Below, piece by piece: positions 22,042 through 36,184 of a stretch of 64,000 bases of DNA. Every line of letters starts with the position of its first letter. Position 1 is the first letter of the stretch. The DNA comes from Octopus sinensis (Eukaryota): the NCBI RefSeq assembly GCF_006345805.1, contig NC_043005.1, positions 71,052,001-71,116,000 of the forward strand, read 5' to 3'. The translations under genes and the position numbers were made by a program. The notes below the pieces were generated by a model. That model made no database searches. It was not told where the DNA came from and saw only the letters and a program-made list of their open reading frames with translations.

Positions 22042-22947
22042 ATTAACCTAGTATTAACATTCTCAGTGAAAAGCTACATTGAAACATAGTCCTACGTAAC
22101 CAACGTAACATACTAGCCAACTTGTTATTTACTGAAATAAATAACAAGTTGCCAACTCAAATGCTCATGTCTTTGAAAAACACTGATATATAGAGCATCT
22201 ATGACAGCTCTGGGCGTCATGTTCATGTTGATGTACAGTTCTCCAAGTGAGCGCATTTAATACGTTTTTATTAACATCTGCAATCACTCAAGCCAAAGAT
22301 CAAGGAAGTATCTCGTTATCACCGTTCATTTACAAACTCAGGGAACAAAAACAGGACCACCTCCGAATAACATAAAATAACGTCTATAAAATAATCCTAT
22401 ACATCAATGAATCATGAAACTGTAGGTTTTTCGTTAATTAGTATTTCTGAATAATAAATCTGCCAGCGAACTCTCGTAACCAAAAATCAGAGACATCAAA
22501 TGCCGACATCGGGGAAAGGTTTTTTTTTTTTTTTTCACAACCTTCACGAGACTGAAGAAAAACATCCCATCGAATGAAACCTGCAACCATCAGATAGAAA
22601 TTGAATCGTTGTTCCTAGAGGACTACAGATATTTTCTGGGTAGATGTTTCTAATTTGGAACATATTCAGCTCCACAAAACAAAAACATACGTAGCTAGTT
22701 GACTGAGAACAAAATTCAATAAACATGTTTAATTTATTATACGCTTAATTAAGGAAGTAAAACTTCAAATAACATTAGAGAGAATCATCAAGCCATTCCC
22801 CGAATATACTAACGTTTTGAACAATCTGCTCTTATTCAGGACAGACAGGCACGGAAGAAATATTCTAGAACCTGCTAGACCTTATATCTTTCTGGAGCAC
22901 TCCATTTTAAATTCCTTATTTATTATTGAGATTCCGTCTCAATAATT

Positions 22948-23052
22948 TCAATCGCATGTGAGAGTAGGAAACATTGTGTATATATATATTGAGTATATAT
23001 ATATTGAGTTATATATTGAGTATATATTGAGTAGTATATTGAGTGTATATCG

Positions 23053-23092
<40 letters not shown>

Positions 23093-23725
23093 TCAATGTT
23101 CCTACTCTCACTTGCGATTCGATTCGATCGTTTCGTTTCTTCTTCTTCTCTAAGCTGGTTTTTATATATAATTATGACGCGAAACTCCATAACTCCTTCT
23201 ACTTCTTCACCCTCTTTTGCTTCCTTCCTCTCTATCTCTCTCTCTCTTCACTCTCCTCATCTCTTCACAGCCGGGTCTACGACTTCCTTTCACCGGCGGC
23301 CTTATTCAAGTAAACATGTTTCTTCCTGCGCTCGTGAAAAAAATTTTCCTCGTCTAGGCTTATAGGCCCTCTTTATTTGTTTTCCTGTCCTGTTTCTATT
23401 CCTTCTTGTACTCTATTTCTTGTAATTGTATTTTTTTTTTATTTGTTTTTAATTGTATTGTTGTTTACGTCCTGTTTTTGTCACATATTTTTTCTTGTTT
23501 TTCCCCTCTGCCAAAGGAATGTTATTTAATTTTTAGCAGGAAGGACTAGTTCGACGAGACGTGTTCTGTCCTCACCTTCGAAACACGCTGGAGTTGAACT
23601 AGGGACGGCTGATGAAGGGGATTTTTTCTTGTGTAGTTGTCTTGTACTCTGTTTTTTCGTTGTTAAAGGAATGGTCCGTTCCATGCTGTTTTTACGTTTT
23701 CGTTTCTCGTTGAGTTCTACGTCTA
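22948..23725. mobile_element. Probable Penelope-like terminal-repeat-derived element embedded in (TA)n
   Basis: Short inverted repeat 22948-22985 / 23087-23122 around a TA tract, a CTGATGA remnant at ~23607, and (TA)n flanks. Confidence 0.4.
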
Positions 23726-23930
23726 TTTGTGGTGTCCTGTACACACGTATATATATTTATATATGCATGTATATATACATTTAGATGTAGGTACATACAT
23801 ATATCTTTGTATGTATGGATATATTTTATTTATTACACTATATATATATATATATGTGTGTGTGTGCGTGTATGTGTGTGTGCACATATATGTACGTGTG
23901 TGTATAAACATATCTATCTATATATATATC

Positions 23931-23984
<54 letters not shown>

Positions 23985-24094
23985 TAGATAGATAGATAGA
24001 TAAGATAGATACATATGACCACACATTTACATACATATATACAAAACATATGCACACAGATATTTTATATGTGTGTGTGTGAGTGTGTATAGAT

Positions 24095-24126
<32 letters not shown>

Positions 24127-24476
24127 ATAAACATAGTCATGATGGTATTAAATTCGACACATTTCATTTGGAACACTGATATAAAAAAGATAATATAGGT
24201 TAAGACGAAAACAATAACAAGCAAAATATTGAGGAGATTTATTCTTTCGACAAAATTTATAATAATTCTAGTAAGCGATATCTCAAGGAATTCTAATATG
24301 ACAACTGATATTACGTAAAATAAAAAGTAATGACCTATACATTGGTGACAAGTAAAAACGTTTTCATGACTGACATGAAAAAAGACTCAGAAAATTTGTC
24401 TGGTATATATATATATACATATACATACAAACATACATACATACCAAACATACATACATATATATATACACACACA

Positions 24477-24516
<40 letters not shown>

Positions 24517-24530
24517 ATATATATATATAC

Positions 24531-24760
24531 TTTATTTTAAGCAGCAGAAAATTCAACAAAAATCTGTTACTCTGAATTTCTCGTGCCGTTCATCAGACGG
24601 TTTTTGCTAGAATGGAACTGATATATCAATTCAATCTATACTCTTACAAACGCTACAACTTTAAAAATTGATATATCAGTTCCATTCTAGCAAAAACTGT
24701 CTGATGAACGGCAACGAGAAACTCAGAGTAACAGATTTTGCTGCCTGCTTAAAATAAAGC
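24531..24760. repeat. Fold-back inverted repeat (74-bp core arms, 34-nt spacer) with a hammerhead-like motif in each arm
   Basis: 24558-24631 is the reverse complement of 24666-24739 apart from 2 substitutions and 1 indel. Confidence 0.85.
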
Positions 24761-24825
24761 ATATTACTCTACAACTGGTATTTGAGTACTCTTTTTCCAC
24801 CTTGTTTCACATTATGTGTACTCCG

Positions 24826-24883
<58 letters not shown>

Positions 24884-24969
24884 ATCCAAACATGAAAAAC
24901 ACAACAACGCGAGGACGTGGAACAAGTATAGTGTTATGGGACGCTCAGGAAAGGAAAGAAAGAAGGAAG

Positions 24970-25004
24970 ATTTAACGTTTCGAGCGGAGCTCTTCGTCAG
25001 AAAC
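24970..25004 (-). ncRNA. Minimal type I hammerhead ribozyme motif (Penelope-type) in a ~180-bp repeat (24880-25060)
   Basis: Sense GTTT CTGACGA A GAGC TCC GCTC GAAAC GTT AAAT: intact core, 4-bp stem II, palindromic AACGTT stem III, stem I. Confidence 0.65.
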
Positions 25005-25058
25005 ATAGAAAAAGGAAAGATCCAAGGAAGGGAAGACGGAGGAAAAAAATCGCCAACG

Positions 25059-25117
<59 letters not shown>

Positions 25118-25197
25118 GGGAGTGGGCATATGGTTGTGTAATGGTTAAGAGCACGGGCTACTAACCCCAAGATTCCGAGTTAGATTCCAAGCAGTGA

Positions 25198-25242
<45 letters not shown>

Positions 25243-25455
25243 AACAACAACAACAACAACAATAAATAATAACCTCGAAATTACCTTAGGAATGAGAATC
25301 CAGGTTCGAATTTCCCCAAGACACCCGATGAAGGCTGGAGGGTAAATAAGCCAAAACGTTGTGTTAACAGCAAATAAGATGAGGACAAATATCCATCAAA
25401 TGTAAACAATGTAAATAATGTACATAATTCCTCATCTCATAAATATAGAAGAGTA
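25118..25455 (+). mobile_element. tRNA-headed SINE with (AAT/AAC)n middle and a hammerhead-bearing 3' part
   Basis: A box GTGTAATGG, B box GAGTTAGATTCC, then a degenerate hammerhead ACAC CCGATGA A GGCT..AGCC AAAAC GTT GTGT at 25321-25364. Confidence 0.7.
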
Positions 25456-25549
25456 ACGCCTGAGACTTATTTTTGCCATTCATGGGTCAAAGCTGATTAG
25501 TTTGTGCAAAGAGACAAGTTCACTAAAACTTCAGTGCTTGTCTGTTACT

Positions 25550-25765
25550 CTTACACTTTTACTCTTTTACTTGTTTCAGTCATTTGACTGTGGCCAAGCT
25601 GGAGCATTGCCTTTAGTCGAGCAAATCGACCCCAGGACTTATTCTTTGTACGCTTAGTACTTATTCTATCGGTCCCTTTTGCCGAACCGCTAAGTTACGG
25701 GGACGTAAACATACTACCATCGGTTTTCAAGCGATGTTGGGGGACAAACACAGACACACAAACAT

Positions 25766-25816
<51 letters not shown>

Positions 25817-25985
25817 CATATATACGACGGGCTTCTTTCAGTTTCCATCTACCAAATCCACTCACAAGGCTTTGGTCGGCCCGAGGCTATAGTAGAAGAC
25901 AATTGCCCAAGGTACCACGAAGTGGAATGAACCGGGAACCGTATGGTTGGTAAGCAAGCTACTTACCACACAGCCACTCCTGACA
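25550..25985 (-). mobile_element. High-copy tRNA-derived SINE with internal (CA/TA)n microsatellite
   Basis: Head GTGGCTGTGTGGTAAG..GGTTCA and body CCTTGGGCAAGTGTC. Near-identical copies occur elsewhere in the window. Confidence 0.85.
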
Positions 25986-26569
25986 ACAGAACAAGAAAAG
26001 CTGACTTCCATGGAGTTTGAAATCAGAATATTGTGAACCAACACAAATGCTGCAAGGATTTTGTCTGCTAATTTAATAATTCTGACAATCATTTCTAACA
26101 TGGTCCTAGGTTATGAACGTGAAGGGTATAACCATTATTCAATAATATTCAAAAAGATAAAAGTCTTTCCCAAGCCATAAGCTCATAAAACCAGTTTCAC
26201 AATGTCTGCCCAACCCTGGATAGAACGCTAGTCCCTCACAAGATTTCTCACTTTTGCTATCTCAGTGAACTGGAGCAACATGTAATGAAGTGTTTTGGTC
26301 AAGAATACAATGCATTAGTCTATCCTGAAATCGAAATCACACCTTGCAGTCATGAGTGTAACACCCTAGCCACTAAGCCACGTGCTTCTACAGTCAATAA
26401 TCCTATCCCCAATAAATGACTGGGACCTTGTTGTATAGAGGCAGGAAGAATAAAAGGTAACGTTGACCTTCGTAAGATATGAACATAGACTGTAAAAGCT
26501 GTAACAGAACACTACAAATCAGTTTGTCCTGTTGTAACAAATACTAACACTTCTACAGATAATGAGAAG

Positions 26570-26681
26570 GTGGTGGTGGTGGTGGCGGTTGCAGTGGTGG
26601 TGGTGGGATGGAGCGGGGGTGGCATGATGTTGGTGACGACAACGTTGAGGATGATGATAATGGCGACAATCGCAACAATGG

Positions 26682-26757
<76 letters not shown>

Positions 26758-26960
26758 GGTGATGATGATGATGATGATGATGATGATGGTGATGACGAGG
26801 TTGATGATTACAGCGACGACGATGGCGACAATAACATTGCTGTTGTTGCTGTTTTTGTTGTTGTTGTTGTTGCTGCTGGGGAGTGGGGAAATAATGATGA
26901 TGATAAAAACAACAATGATGGTGATGAGGATGATAATGATGATGACAAAAGAAGCAAAAA
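26570..26960. repeat. (GGT)n/(GAT)n/(GTT)n trinucleotide microsatellite complex
   Basis: Direct reading. It produces the poly-H, poly-D and poly-M pseudo-ORFs. Confidence 0.95.
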
Positions 26961-27459
26961 CTGAGAGGAAGGGGAAGCAATCAAGCCTTTTACGCCAAAG
27001 AGAGATTATGATAATTTCTGAGATTTTACCATTAAATTATTTTACAATTGTTTATATTTAATTCATTATTTTATTTTGTGAATTAAAAAAACTTTTTAAT
27101 CAGATTTTATTTTAAATATTTTTTTTAAAAAATTTCTTTTTCAATTTTCTATTGTGAGATTGAGTTGATAATGAAGACGATTTTTTTTCGTCTTTTTCTA
27201 TTAAAACCTTAAATTTTACAAACAGTGTGACATAACAGACTAGGATTAAATGTCCACTAGAAAACAAACCTGAAGAAATCTCATGAGGATACTGTAAAAC
27301 AAATCCATTTTCTATTATCTTCTCAGAAAATTTTTTTTTTATATTATCTAGATTTTCAATGAATTCTTTTAATCAAAGACGTCATGCGGGAAATAGCAAT
27401 CGCAAGCAGTGGAGAAGAGAGTACAGACAAGAAAAAAAAAAGATGTATACAAATACAAA

Positions 27460-27519
27460 TACACACATTATATATATATATATATATATATTATATATTT
27501 GTATGTATATATTATATAT

Positions 27520-27594
<75 letters not shown>

Positions 27595-27964
27595 AGGATG
27601 CAAGACAGCAAAAAATAACTCGATAGATATCTTGGAGAAAAAAAAAAACACCTAAAGTATATTCGTATATTTGATAAAATGAACAGACAGATAAGTAGAT
27701 GAGAAGACATGTAAGGAAGGAAAAGAAGCAGAGAAGTAAAATAAAATCCAAGTAAGTTCCTTATAAATCGATATCTTTTCAAATCAAAGCTTTCTTTACC
27801 TTTTCCTTTTAACTCAAATTGATATTTCAGCTACATAATATTGACACTTGTATATACAAATATCTCTTAATATATACCTATATATTTATATGTAGTTGTG
27901 TACGTGGTGTATTTATATGGGATATATATGAGTATTATATATATATATATATTATATATATATG

Positions 27965-27996
<32 letters not shown>

Positions 27997-28140
27997 TTAT
28001 TTATTTATATATATTTATTTATTTATATATATTTATTTATTTATATATATTTATTTATTTATATATATATTCATATATTCATGCATTCATACATGAATAA
28101 TTGTGTATAATAATGTGTATAAATATATATATATATAGAT
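27460..28140. repeat. (TA)n-rich microsatellite region
   Basis: Direct reading. Confidence 0.9.
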
Positions 28141-28160
28141 AGACAGATAAATAGATAGAC

Positions 28161-28191
<31 letters not shown>

Positions 28192-28539
28192 CTGATAAAA
28201 TGATAGATTGATAGACAAATGGACAGAAGGAGTAATAAACAGGCAAAAAATAGATAGATGTATAGATAGATATGAACACACACATATGTATATATGTAAA
28301 TTATTATATTTAAAGAATATTTTCAATTGTATAAAAATATGGATTTCTAAATTTTTTCTTAAATCAACACATTTCTGGATAAGAATATAAATGATTCCAT
28401 CAAACCGGAACGTATCTGGTGCTGATATTATCAAAATATAAAATCCTACAGAACAGAAAGGGATATAATTAGGTACAGAAAGATAAATTACTGTGAAACC
28501 CTTCTTTTTCTTCATACATGCATATTATATAACATCTAT

Positions 28540-29110
28540 ACCTTCATTCATACATGAAAGCTGCAACTTGATTTCAAGTAATGCCATTACTTTGTTGCCC
28601 CCTTACTAGTGCTGATTCGTAGTCCTGCACAGATGTGGTAATGATGACCACCTCTTGTTGAAGGTGTTCAGAGTAATATCCACCCATGTTGATATATATG
28701 CCTTCATTCCGGCACAGAATTATTCATTGCGTATGTTGCCTTTCTCAGTTACAGCTAGCCATAATTTAAACGTTGAAAATTGGGCAATGTCTGTGCTCGA
28801 AACTTTTTAAAGTGTTGAGAGCCTTGCACATGATAAATTCCATTAGCTAAGCAACGTATGCATTTGCTGAAGAGAACTGGTCTACAGGATTAGATACAAA
28901 CGAAGTCACAGGTGTAATACCAGAGATTTCCTTCTATTTCAAAGGATATGTAAACAAAGACTAGGGTTCTTCTCACTACTAAATCTTTGACAACCATTGA
29001 CTGTACTGAGTTCATCCACCCTTTAGCGGATTTTATTTTTGTCTTGCAGGATTTCCAACGAAGACCACCTTCATTTCGACAGGTTGAACTGTACTATATG
29101 ATAGCAATAG
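28540..29110 (+). mobile_element. Possible highly decayed mariner relic
   Basis: HPPFS..DHLHFDRL resembles HPPYSPDLAPSDYHLF, across frameshifts. Confidence 0.3.
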
Positions 29111-29269
29111 GAGTAAGAGATACCTACTTACGTGTATACATGCAAGCTTAAAAATTGAGACTTGCTCCAGACAGGTTGATACTAGAACTGGATACTAGAA
29201 CTTGCTCCAGAATGAATGGATACTAGAACTGGTAAATCTCTTACAAAACATTTTATGATATTTGATATA

Positions 29270-29690
29270 CTCTTTTGCTCTTTTACTTGTTTCAGTCAAT
29301 TGATTGCGGCCATGCTGGAGAATCGCCTGTAGTCGAGCAAATAAAACCCAGGACTTATTCTTTGTAAGCCTAGTACTTATTCTATCGGTCTCTTTTGCCG
29401 AACCGCTAGATACGGAGACATAAACACACCAGCATCGGTTGTCAAGCGATGTTGGTGGTGGGGGGGGGGGACAAACACAGACACACAAACATACACACAC
29501 GCATATATACATATACATATATACGACGGGCTTCTTTCAGTTTCAGTCTACCAAATCCACCCACAAGGCTTTGGTCGACCCGAGGCTATGGTAGAAGACA
29601 CTTGCCCAAGGTGCCACGCAGTGGGACTGAACCCGGAACCTTATGGCTGGTAAGCAAGCTACCTACCACACAGCCACTCCTGCGCCCAAA
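29270..29690 (-). mobile_element. High-copy SINE (same family as 25550-25985)
   Basis: Colinear similarity. Confidence 0.85.
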
Positions 29691-29849
29691 GCATCCTCTT
29701 TGTGTTTCGCCATATTGAGAGCAATGATATAAGTGCAGCAATTAATATAATCAGCTAAATCAAGGCGGTATGCTCCTGTATTGCCTCTCTCAGACATATC
29801 ATTGAGCGAAAGAAGATATTCCAACATTATCTTACTGAAATATATTATA

Positions 29850-30247
29850 CTAGCAGTATCGCCCGGCGTTGCTCGGGTTTGTAAGGGAAATAACTATATA
29901 AGCATTTTTAGAGATGTAAAGTATAATAGCCATCTCAATATGGCTAACCACAAAGGGGGGGGGGTGTTACAGTAGCTTTTTACGTTCTGAGATTTAATAA
30001 TAAATTTTTAGAGCGTTACTTCCTTATATATGCCAAAAATGCATTAAAAATGGGAAAAATTGATGGTAATTTTTTTTTTAAATCGTAGACTCATCGTAGA
30101 CGCGCGCTAATACCCAGAAGGGCTCGATATGAATCACGACTATACGATACCCGGTTTTGGTTAAACTGCACTGCAAAATGTGGGAGTAGTTAGAAATCTA
30201 AATCGTAGGAGACAGACAACACACAACCTCACTTTTATATATAAAGA
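29850..30247 (-). mobile_element. Non-autonomous Helitron
   Basis: Sense 5' TCTTTATATATAA to 3' CCCGAGCAACGCCGGGCGATACTGCTAG (GC hairpin plus CTAG), inserted between A and T. Confidence 0.75.
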
Positions 30248-30374
30248 TATGAGGTGAGATATTCCAAAATTGCTCCAGTCAGATATATTGAGTGAGGTGA
30301 GCTGGTTGTGAAATGCTAATGGGGAACAAACATAGACACAAAGACACACACACATAGATATGCACACATACATA

Positions 30375-30700
30375 TACATCACATCACATCACACATGATC
30401 ACCGTGACCGACCAGGCTATCAGATGTTGCTACACATCGCTGGTCACAATGCGCTTCGCATTGTTTTAGCCTTCAAATGACGCCACCTCGCTGGCTACGC
30501 GAGCAGGCCAACAGAAGAAATAGTGAAAGAAGGTTGCGGCGAAAGAGTACAGCAGGGATCGCCACCACCCCCTGCCAGAGCCTCGTGGAGCTTTAGGTGT
30601 TTTCGCTCAAAAAACACAACGCCCAGTCTGGAAATCAAAACCGCAATCCTACGCCCATGAGTCCGCTGCTCTAACCACTGATCCATTGCACCTCAACATA
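30375..30700 (-). mobile_element. tRNA-derived SINE (head shared with 21658 family, different 3' tail)
   Basis: Head similar to 21860-22041, then a different tail ending in short GTGAT repeats. Confidence 0.65.
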
Positions 30701-31582
30701 TTCATACACACACACACTAACACACATATATATTTGCACACGCACACACACACACACACACATACATATATTTATATATATACATATATCGGTTGAGTAC
30801 TCACAAGGTTTCGGCTGGCCCGACACTACAGTAAAAGACACTTACCCAGATTGCCACGCACAATGAGGTTGAGAAGCAAGCTTCGATGTGTGCGTGTGTG
30901 TGTGTGCGCGCGCGTGTGTGCGTGCATATGTGTGTGTGTATGTTCAATGTGTTCATAGTAGAAACGTGATCACAATACATGTATAGATATTTGCTGTGGT
31001 AGTAAGATAGTCTGTATGTGTTCCTGTGTTTATAACCAAAATATAATATACCAATTATTCACAGTTGTGTAACCAGATATCCTTCCAATATGCCATTAAT
31101 TCAAATCAGTGTCTCATCGTTTCCCGATGTGTGAATATTTTCAACATCTGGAGTTAATAGACCATGGTTAGTATTGGATATTATTTCATCATTAATCTGT
31201 TACTCTCATTGGTTTTTAGCCCCAAGACAGTTCAAGTGTAACAGACATATGGTCAGATTGGAAAATGTAAAGAGCATTCCATAGCATATCTAGACTAGAC
31301 ATTACCCAATGTGGTCTTCTGTGTTTTAAATGCGGTAGGGTGAATTGCAAGGAATATATAGCTGCTACTTGTGTAGAGTCTACTTGTCGTCGTTGTCGTC
31401 GTCATCATCGTCGTTGTCATCATCACCACCAATATAACCTTTAATTATTTTTTCCATTATTATTTGACTTTGTCTTCATTTTTTTGTGGTCGATAAATTA
31501 AGTATCGGTTGAGTACTGGGGTTGATGTTATCGACTTAACCTCTGCGCCAAAATTTCAGGCCATGTGCTTATAGTAGAAAGG

Positions 31583-31629
<47 letters not shown>

Positions 31630-31659
31630 CATCATCGTCATTATTATTATTGTTATTAC

Positions 31660-32100
31660 TGAGTGATAGAGCAGTATATCCCATCAAAGTGACACTGGGG
31701 TAAAATATACGAAGCCCAGTATACCCATCATGTTTACCTATCTGATAAGGGTACACCAGGCACTTGCATCACAACCATATGTGCACGATACAGTGATCTC
31801 ATATCAAGATAAACAGCACATGACCTTGCAGGTGGGGCCCAGTTAGAATTTTCTTCTGGTCGAGTAACCCTGAATAAGGGCTGTTTAAGGATGTTGAACA
31901 AAATACCCATGTTTCCACAGGTGAATTATCCAAACCTTTAAGAATTCCTTTCAACACACGGCTATGATGCTCCCCCACTACTTCTGCTCATGATCAGAGA
32001 TGCACATATCGTCAGCTACTAAGAGACATGCTCAACAGGTTAAGGTCAAACAAGTGAGAAGCAAATCTGTGGTATTGAGCAGAATATTTGCTGTCGACCC
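31660..32100. repeat. Unclassified interspersed repeat
   Basis: AAAGTGACACTGGGGTAAAATATA..AAGCCCAGTATACCC recurs at ~32245-32290. Confidence 0.4.
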
Positions 32101-32616
32101 TCTTTTATACCAAGACAAACTGATTGGGAGTATTGTTGTTGTTGTTGTTATTATTATTATTATCATTATTATTATTATTATTATCATTATTATTGTTGTT
32201 GTTGTTGTTGTTGTTGTTCAACCAATAACATATCTCGCAATCGAAAGTGACACTGGGGTAAAATATATTAAGCCCAGTATACCCTCTTCGTCTCCACTGT
32301 TTACCTTTGTGAAGAGTTACGTCAATCCTTTTTAAAATATTATTATTATTATTGTTGTTGTTGTTGTTGTTTTGCTGTTGTTGTCATTGTTGCTATTGTT
32401 TTTGCTGTTGTTATTGTTGTCGTCAGAAACCTTCGTCTTGAAGAAATCCCTCATCAACTTTTTCATGTTCCACTCGGGAAGGACGGAGAGGATGGAGAGG
32501 ATAGCGGTTTCTTTCCCAACTAATTTGTCAAGAGGTGCATGATGATTGTAAAAACGGTTTTAGTGAATGAAACTACTCTTATCATGCACCTGTAGATTAG
32601 TGGACAATAATTCGTC

Positions 32617-32792
32617 AGTGGCTGTGTGGTAAGTAGCTTGCCTACCAACTACATGGTTCTGGGTTCAGTACCACTGTGTAGCCCTTTCGGCAAGTGTCTT
32701 CTACTATAGCCTCGGGTCGACCAAAGATTTGTAGAGTGGATTTGGTAGACGGAAACTGAAAGAAGCCCATCGCATATATGTATATGTATATT

Positions 32793-32823
<31 letters not shown>

Positions 32824-33057
32824 GTCTGTGTGTGTTTGTGTGTCTGTGTTTGTCCCCCAACATCGCTTGACAACCGATGCTGGTGTGTTTACGTACCCGG
32901 TTTACGTACCCGTAACTTAGCGGTTTGGCAAAAGAGACCAATAGAATAAGTACTAGGCTTGCAAAGAATAAGTCCTGGGGTCGATTTGCCAAACTAAAGG
33001 CGGTGCTCCAGCATGGCCGCAGTCAAATGACTGAAACAAGTAAAAGAGAGTAAAAGA
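32617..33057 (+). mobile_element. High-copy SINE (same family as 25550-25985)
   Basis: Colinear similarity. Confidence 0.85.
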
Positions 33058-33289
33058 ATGCAATCTGTACTTTTGGTGGTGAGGGTGCCCCTAGATGTAT
33101 GGGGGTTCCTTGATTGGCCCTAGTTGGGGTTTCTCTCCTCTATCAGACAGATTGCATGTGTTCACGTATTTTGTATACCCTGCATACGTTCTAGCTTATC
33201 ATCCCCTCCTCTCTCGTCTTTTCCCCCTCATCTTTTTATGCAACCTTTTTTATGCATCCTTCTACAAATTATATGGAGTTCTCTGACGA

Positions 33290-33960
<671 letters not shown>

Positions 33961-34325
33961 CCGAAGTTTTTACATGCTAATTTGATTAGAATGGATGTTT
34001 CCTTTAGGTTTGGTGACAACAAGTCTCCTCAGATCTTCAGAATCATTCTCAGGATTCTTTACGGAATACAGAATTGCACTTTTCTGTAAGTTGACAATGC
34101 AAGTCTTACTTTCCGTATCCTTCAACCTCTGAAGTGGCAGATTGGATGTTATGCCAAGTACAGAGAATTATTCTCTTTTTAGTCTTCCATAATCTCTTCA
34201 ACCTTCTGGCTAGGTCCTGATATTTCTCAATTTTTGTATTTTCCTTTGGTATCATATTATTGTATGAAATAGCAAAATCGGCGATCTTACACTGTGTGTT
34301 TATTCTGTTTGCTATTGTCATATCT

Positions 34326-34707
34326 GTGGAGGCGCAATGGCCCAGTGGTTAGGGCAGCTGACTCACGGTCTTAGGATCGCAGTTTCGATACCCAGACCGA
34401 GCGTTGTGAGTGTTTATTGAGCGAAAGCACCTAAAATTCCACAAGACTCAGGCGTGGGTTGGTGGTGAACCCTGCTGTACTCTTTCACCACAACTTTCTC
34501 TTACTCTTTCTTCCTGTTTCTGTTGTACCTGTATTTCAAAGGGCCAGCCTTGTCACACTCTGTGTCACGCTGAGTCTCCCCGAGAACTACGTTAAGGGTA
34601 CACCTGTCTGTGAAATGCTCAGCCACTTGCATGTTAATTCCACGAGCAGGCTGTTCTGTTGATCGGATCAAGTGGAACACTCGTCGTCATAACCGACGGA
34701 GTACCAG
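34326..34707 (+). mobile_element. tRNA-derived SINE, same family as 21658-22041
   Basis: Colinear similarity. Confidence 0.85.
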
Positions 34708-34865
34708 CACTTATCATATCTGATCTTCATGCTTCAAGAATATGGTCAGTCCTTATGGGGGAGTCCCAGAAAATCTTGTACTTCTTATTCTGTATCAAAA
34801 TTTTTGATTTGTGTTCCTACTACTTCTCCGTTATTTCAAAGCCACACACACTCAGTTGACATACC

Positions 34866-35272
34866 TATTTACTACCCACAAGGACCTAAACACAGAGAGA
34901 GCAAAGAAGGACAGACAAACGTATTAAGTCGATTACGTCGACTCCAGTGTGTAACTGGTACTTATTTAATCGTCCCCGAAAGGATGAAAGGCAAAGTCGA
35001 CCTCGGCGGAATTTGAACTCAGAACGTAGCGGCAGGTGAAATACCTATTACTTTACTACCCACAAGGGGCTAAACACAGAGAGGACAAACAAGGACAGTC
35101 AAACGGATTAAGTCGATTACATCGACCCCAGTGCGTAACTGGTACTTATTTAATCGAATCCGAAAGGATGAAAGGCAAAGTTGACCTCGGTGGAATTTGA
35201 ACTCAGAACGTAATGGCAGACGAAATACACAGTTCGCCCGGCGTGCTAACGTTTCTGCTAGCTCGCCACCTT
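34866..35272 (-). mobile_element. Dimer of the tRNA-derived SINE carrying the Tx1-type tail
   Basis: Head, body and tail followed by a headless body and tail. The whole dimer is flanked by a 15-bp TSD CTCAGTTG(A/G)CATACC (34851-34865 / 35273-35287). Confidence 0.85.
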
Positions 35273-36142
35273 CTCAGTTGGCATACCAATGCACCCTTTT
35301 ACCTACAAAGTCATGCATGCTTTTATACTCTGCTAATGCATTCACTCAAAAGATGGCTAATACTTTCGTTTCCTTTCCTGCAGATTCCACATTCGATTTC
35401 TGATTTAGTCAGTCATTGCTTTTAACAGATTCATCATAATGGCTTGTTTCTGAGTGGTTACAATTAGCACTTCAGTCTCTGGTTTCTAGCTCCCGTTGTC
35501 AGCTATAACCAGCATTTATTACTTTCAACATCCTTGGTTTCTTGCACGAATTGATCATGTAATTCCATCTCTTTCCACCTACTTGTTCTACTGTCCTTCC
35601 TTCTGTTCTTGAATTCTCCTACTGTTTCAGTATTATTTTGGACATATCTAACCACCGACATTATCAATATTTTCACTGAGTACAACATAATTTTTAAACC
35701 CCGGTATCACAGCACTAACGGTGTCTTCTATATTTTAGTAATCCCCAGCCTCCTTCTTTCCATGGTTGTTATAGTCTGTCGGTAATATTTAAGGGTGATG
35801 TGCATTGTCAGCAGCTTTTGGGTTCTGTCTATGTTCTGTAGCTCGATCTCTGTCCGTTCAGTAAGAAAGCATGGTAACTTAATACTGGCATAATCCATGT
35901 ATTTATCGCATTATTGATGTTCAATCCATTTAACTTTGTTTCGAGCACTTTTCTGATTCTTCTATTGAACACTTGGGAGATTTTCTCTCTAATTTCTCTT
36001 TCTGTTATCCTTTCGTCTTGCCATATCTATAGGTATATATAGCCCAACATTATTCCTCAATGATTGTCGTCGTCACCGCCACCACCACCACCACTACCAT
36101 CATCATCATCATCATCATCATCATTATCATCATCATTATCAT

Positions 36143-36184
<42 letters not shown>

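Larger units (their letters stand above)
34030..36030 (-). pseudogene. R4-type (restriction-like endonuclease) non-LTR retrotransposon relic, interrupted by SINEs
   Basis: WKEMELHDQFVQETKDVESNKCWL and CKIADFAI...KIEKYQDLARRLKRLWK match R4/Dong-type C-terminal motifs. Confidence 0.65.

Noticed and set aside
23565-23620. Possible type II hammerhead (CCTTC GAAAC ... CTGATGA AGGGG)
   Set aside because: No plausible stem I or cleavage-site pairing could be built.
29160-29235. GATACTAGAACT repeated three times, superficially CRISPR-like
   Set aside because: A local tandem micro-duplication with no regular spacers, in a eukaryotic context with no cas genes.
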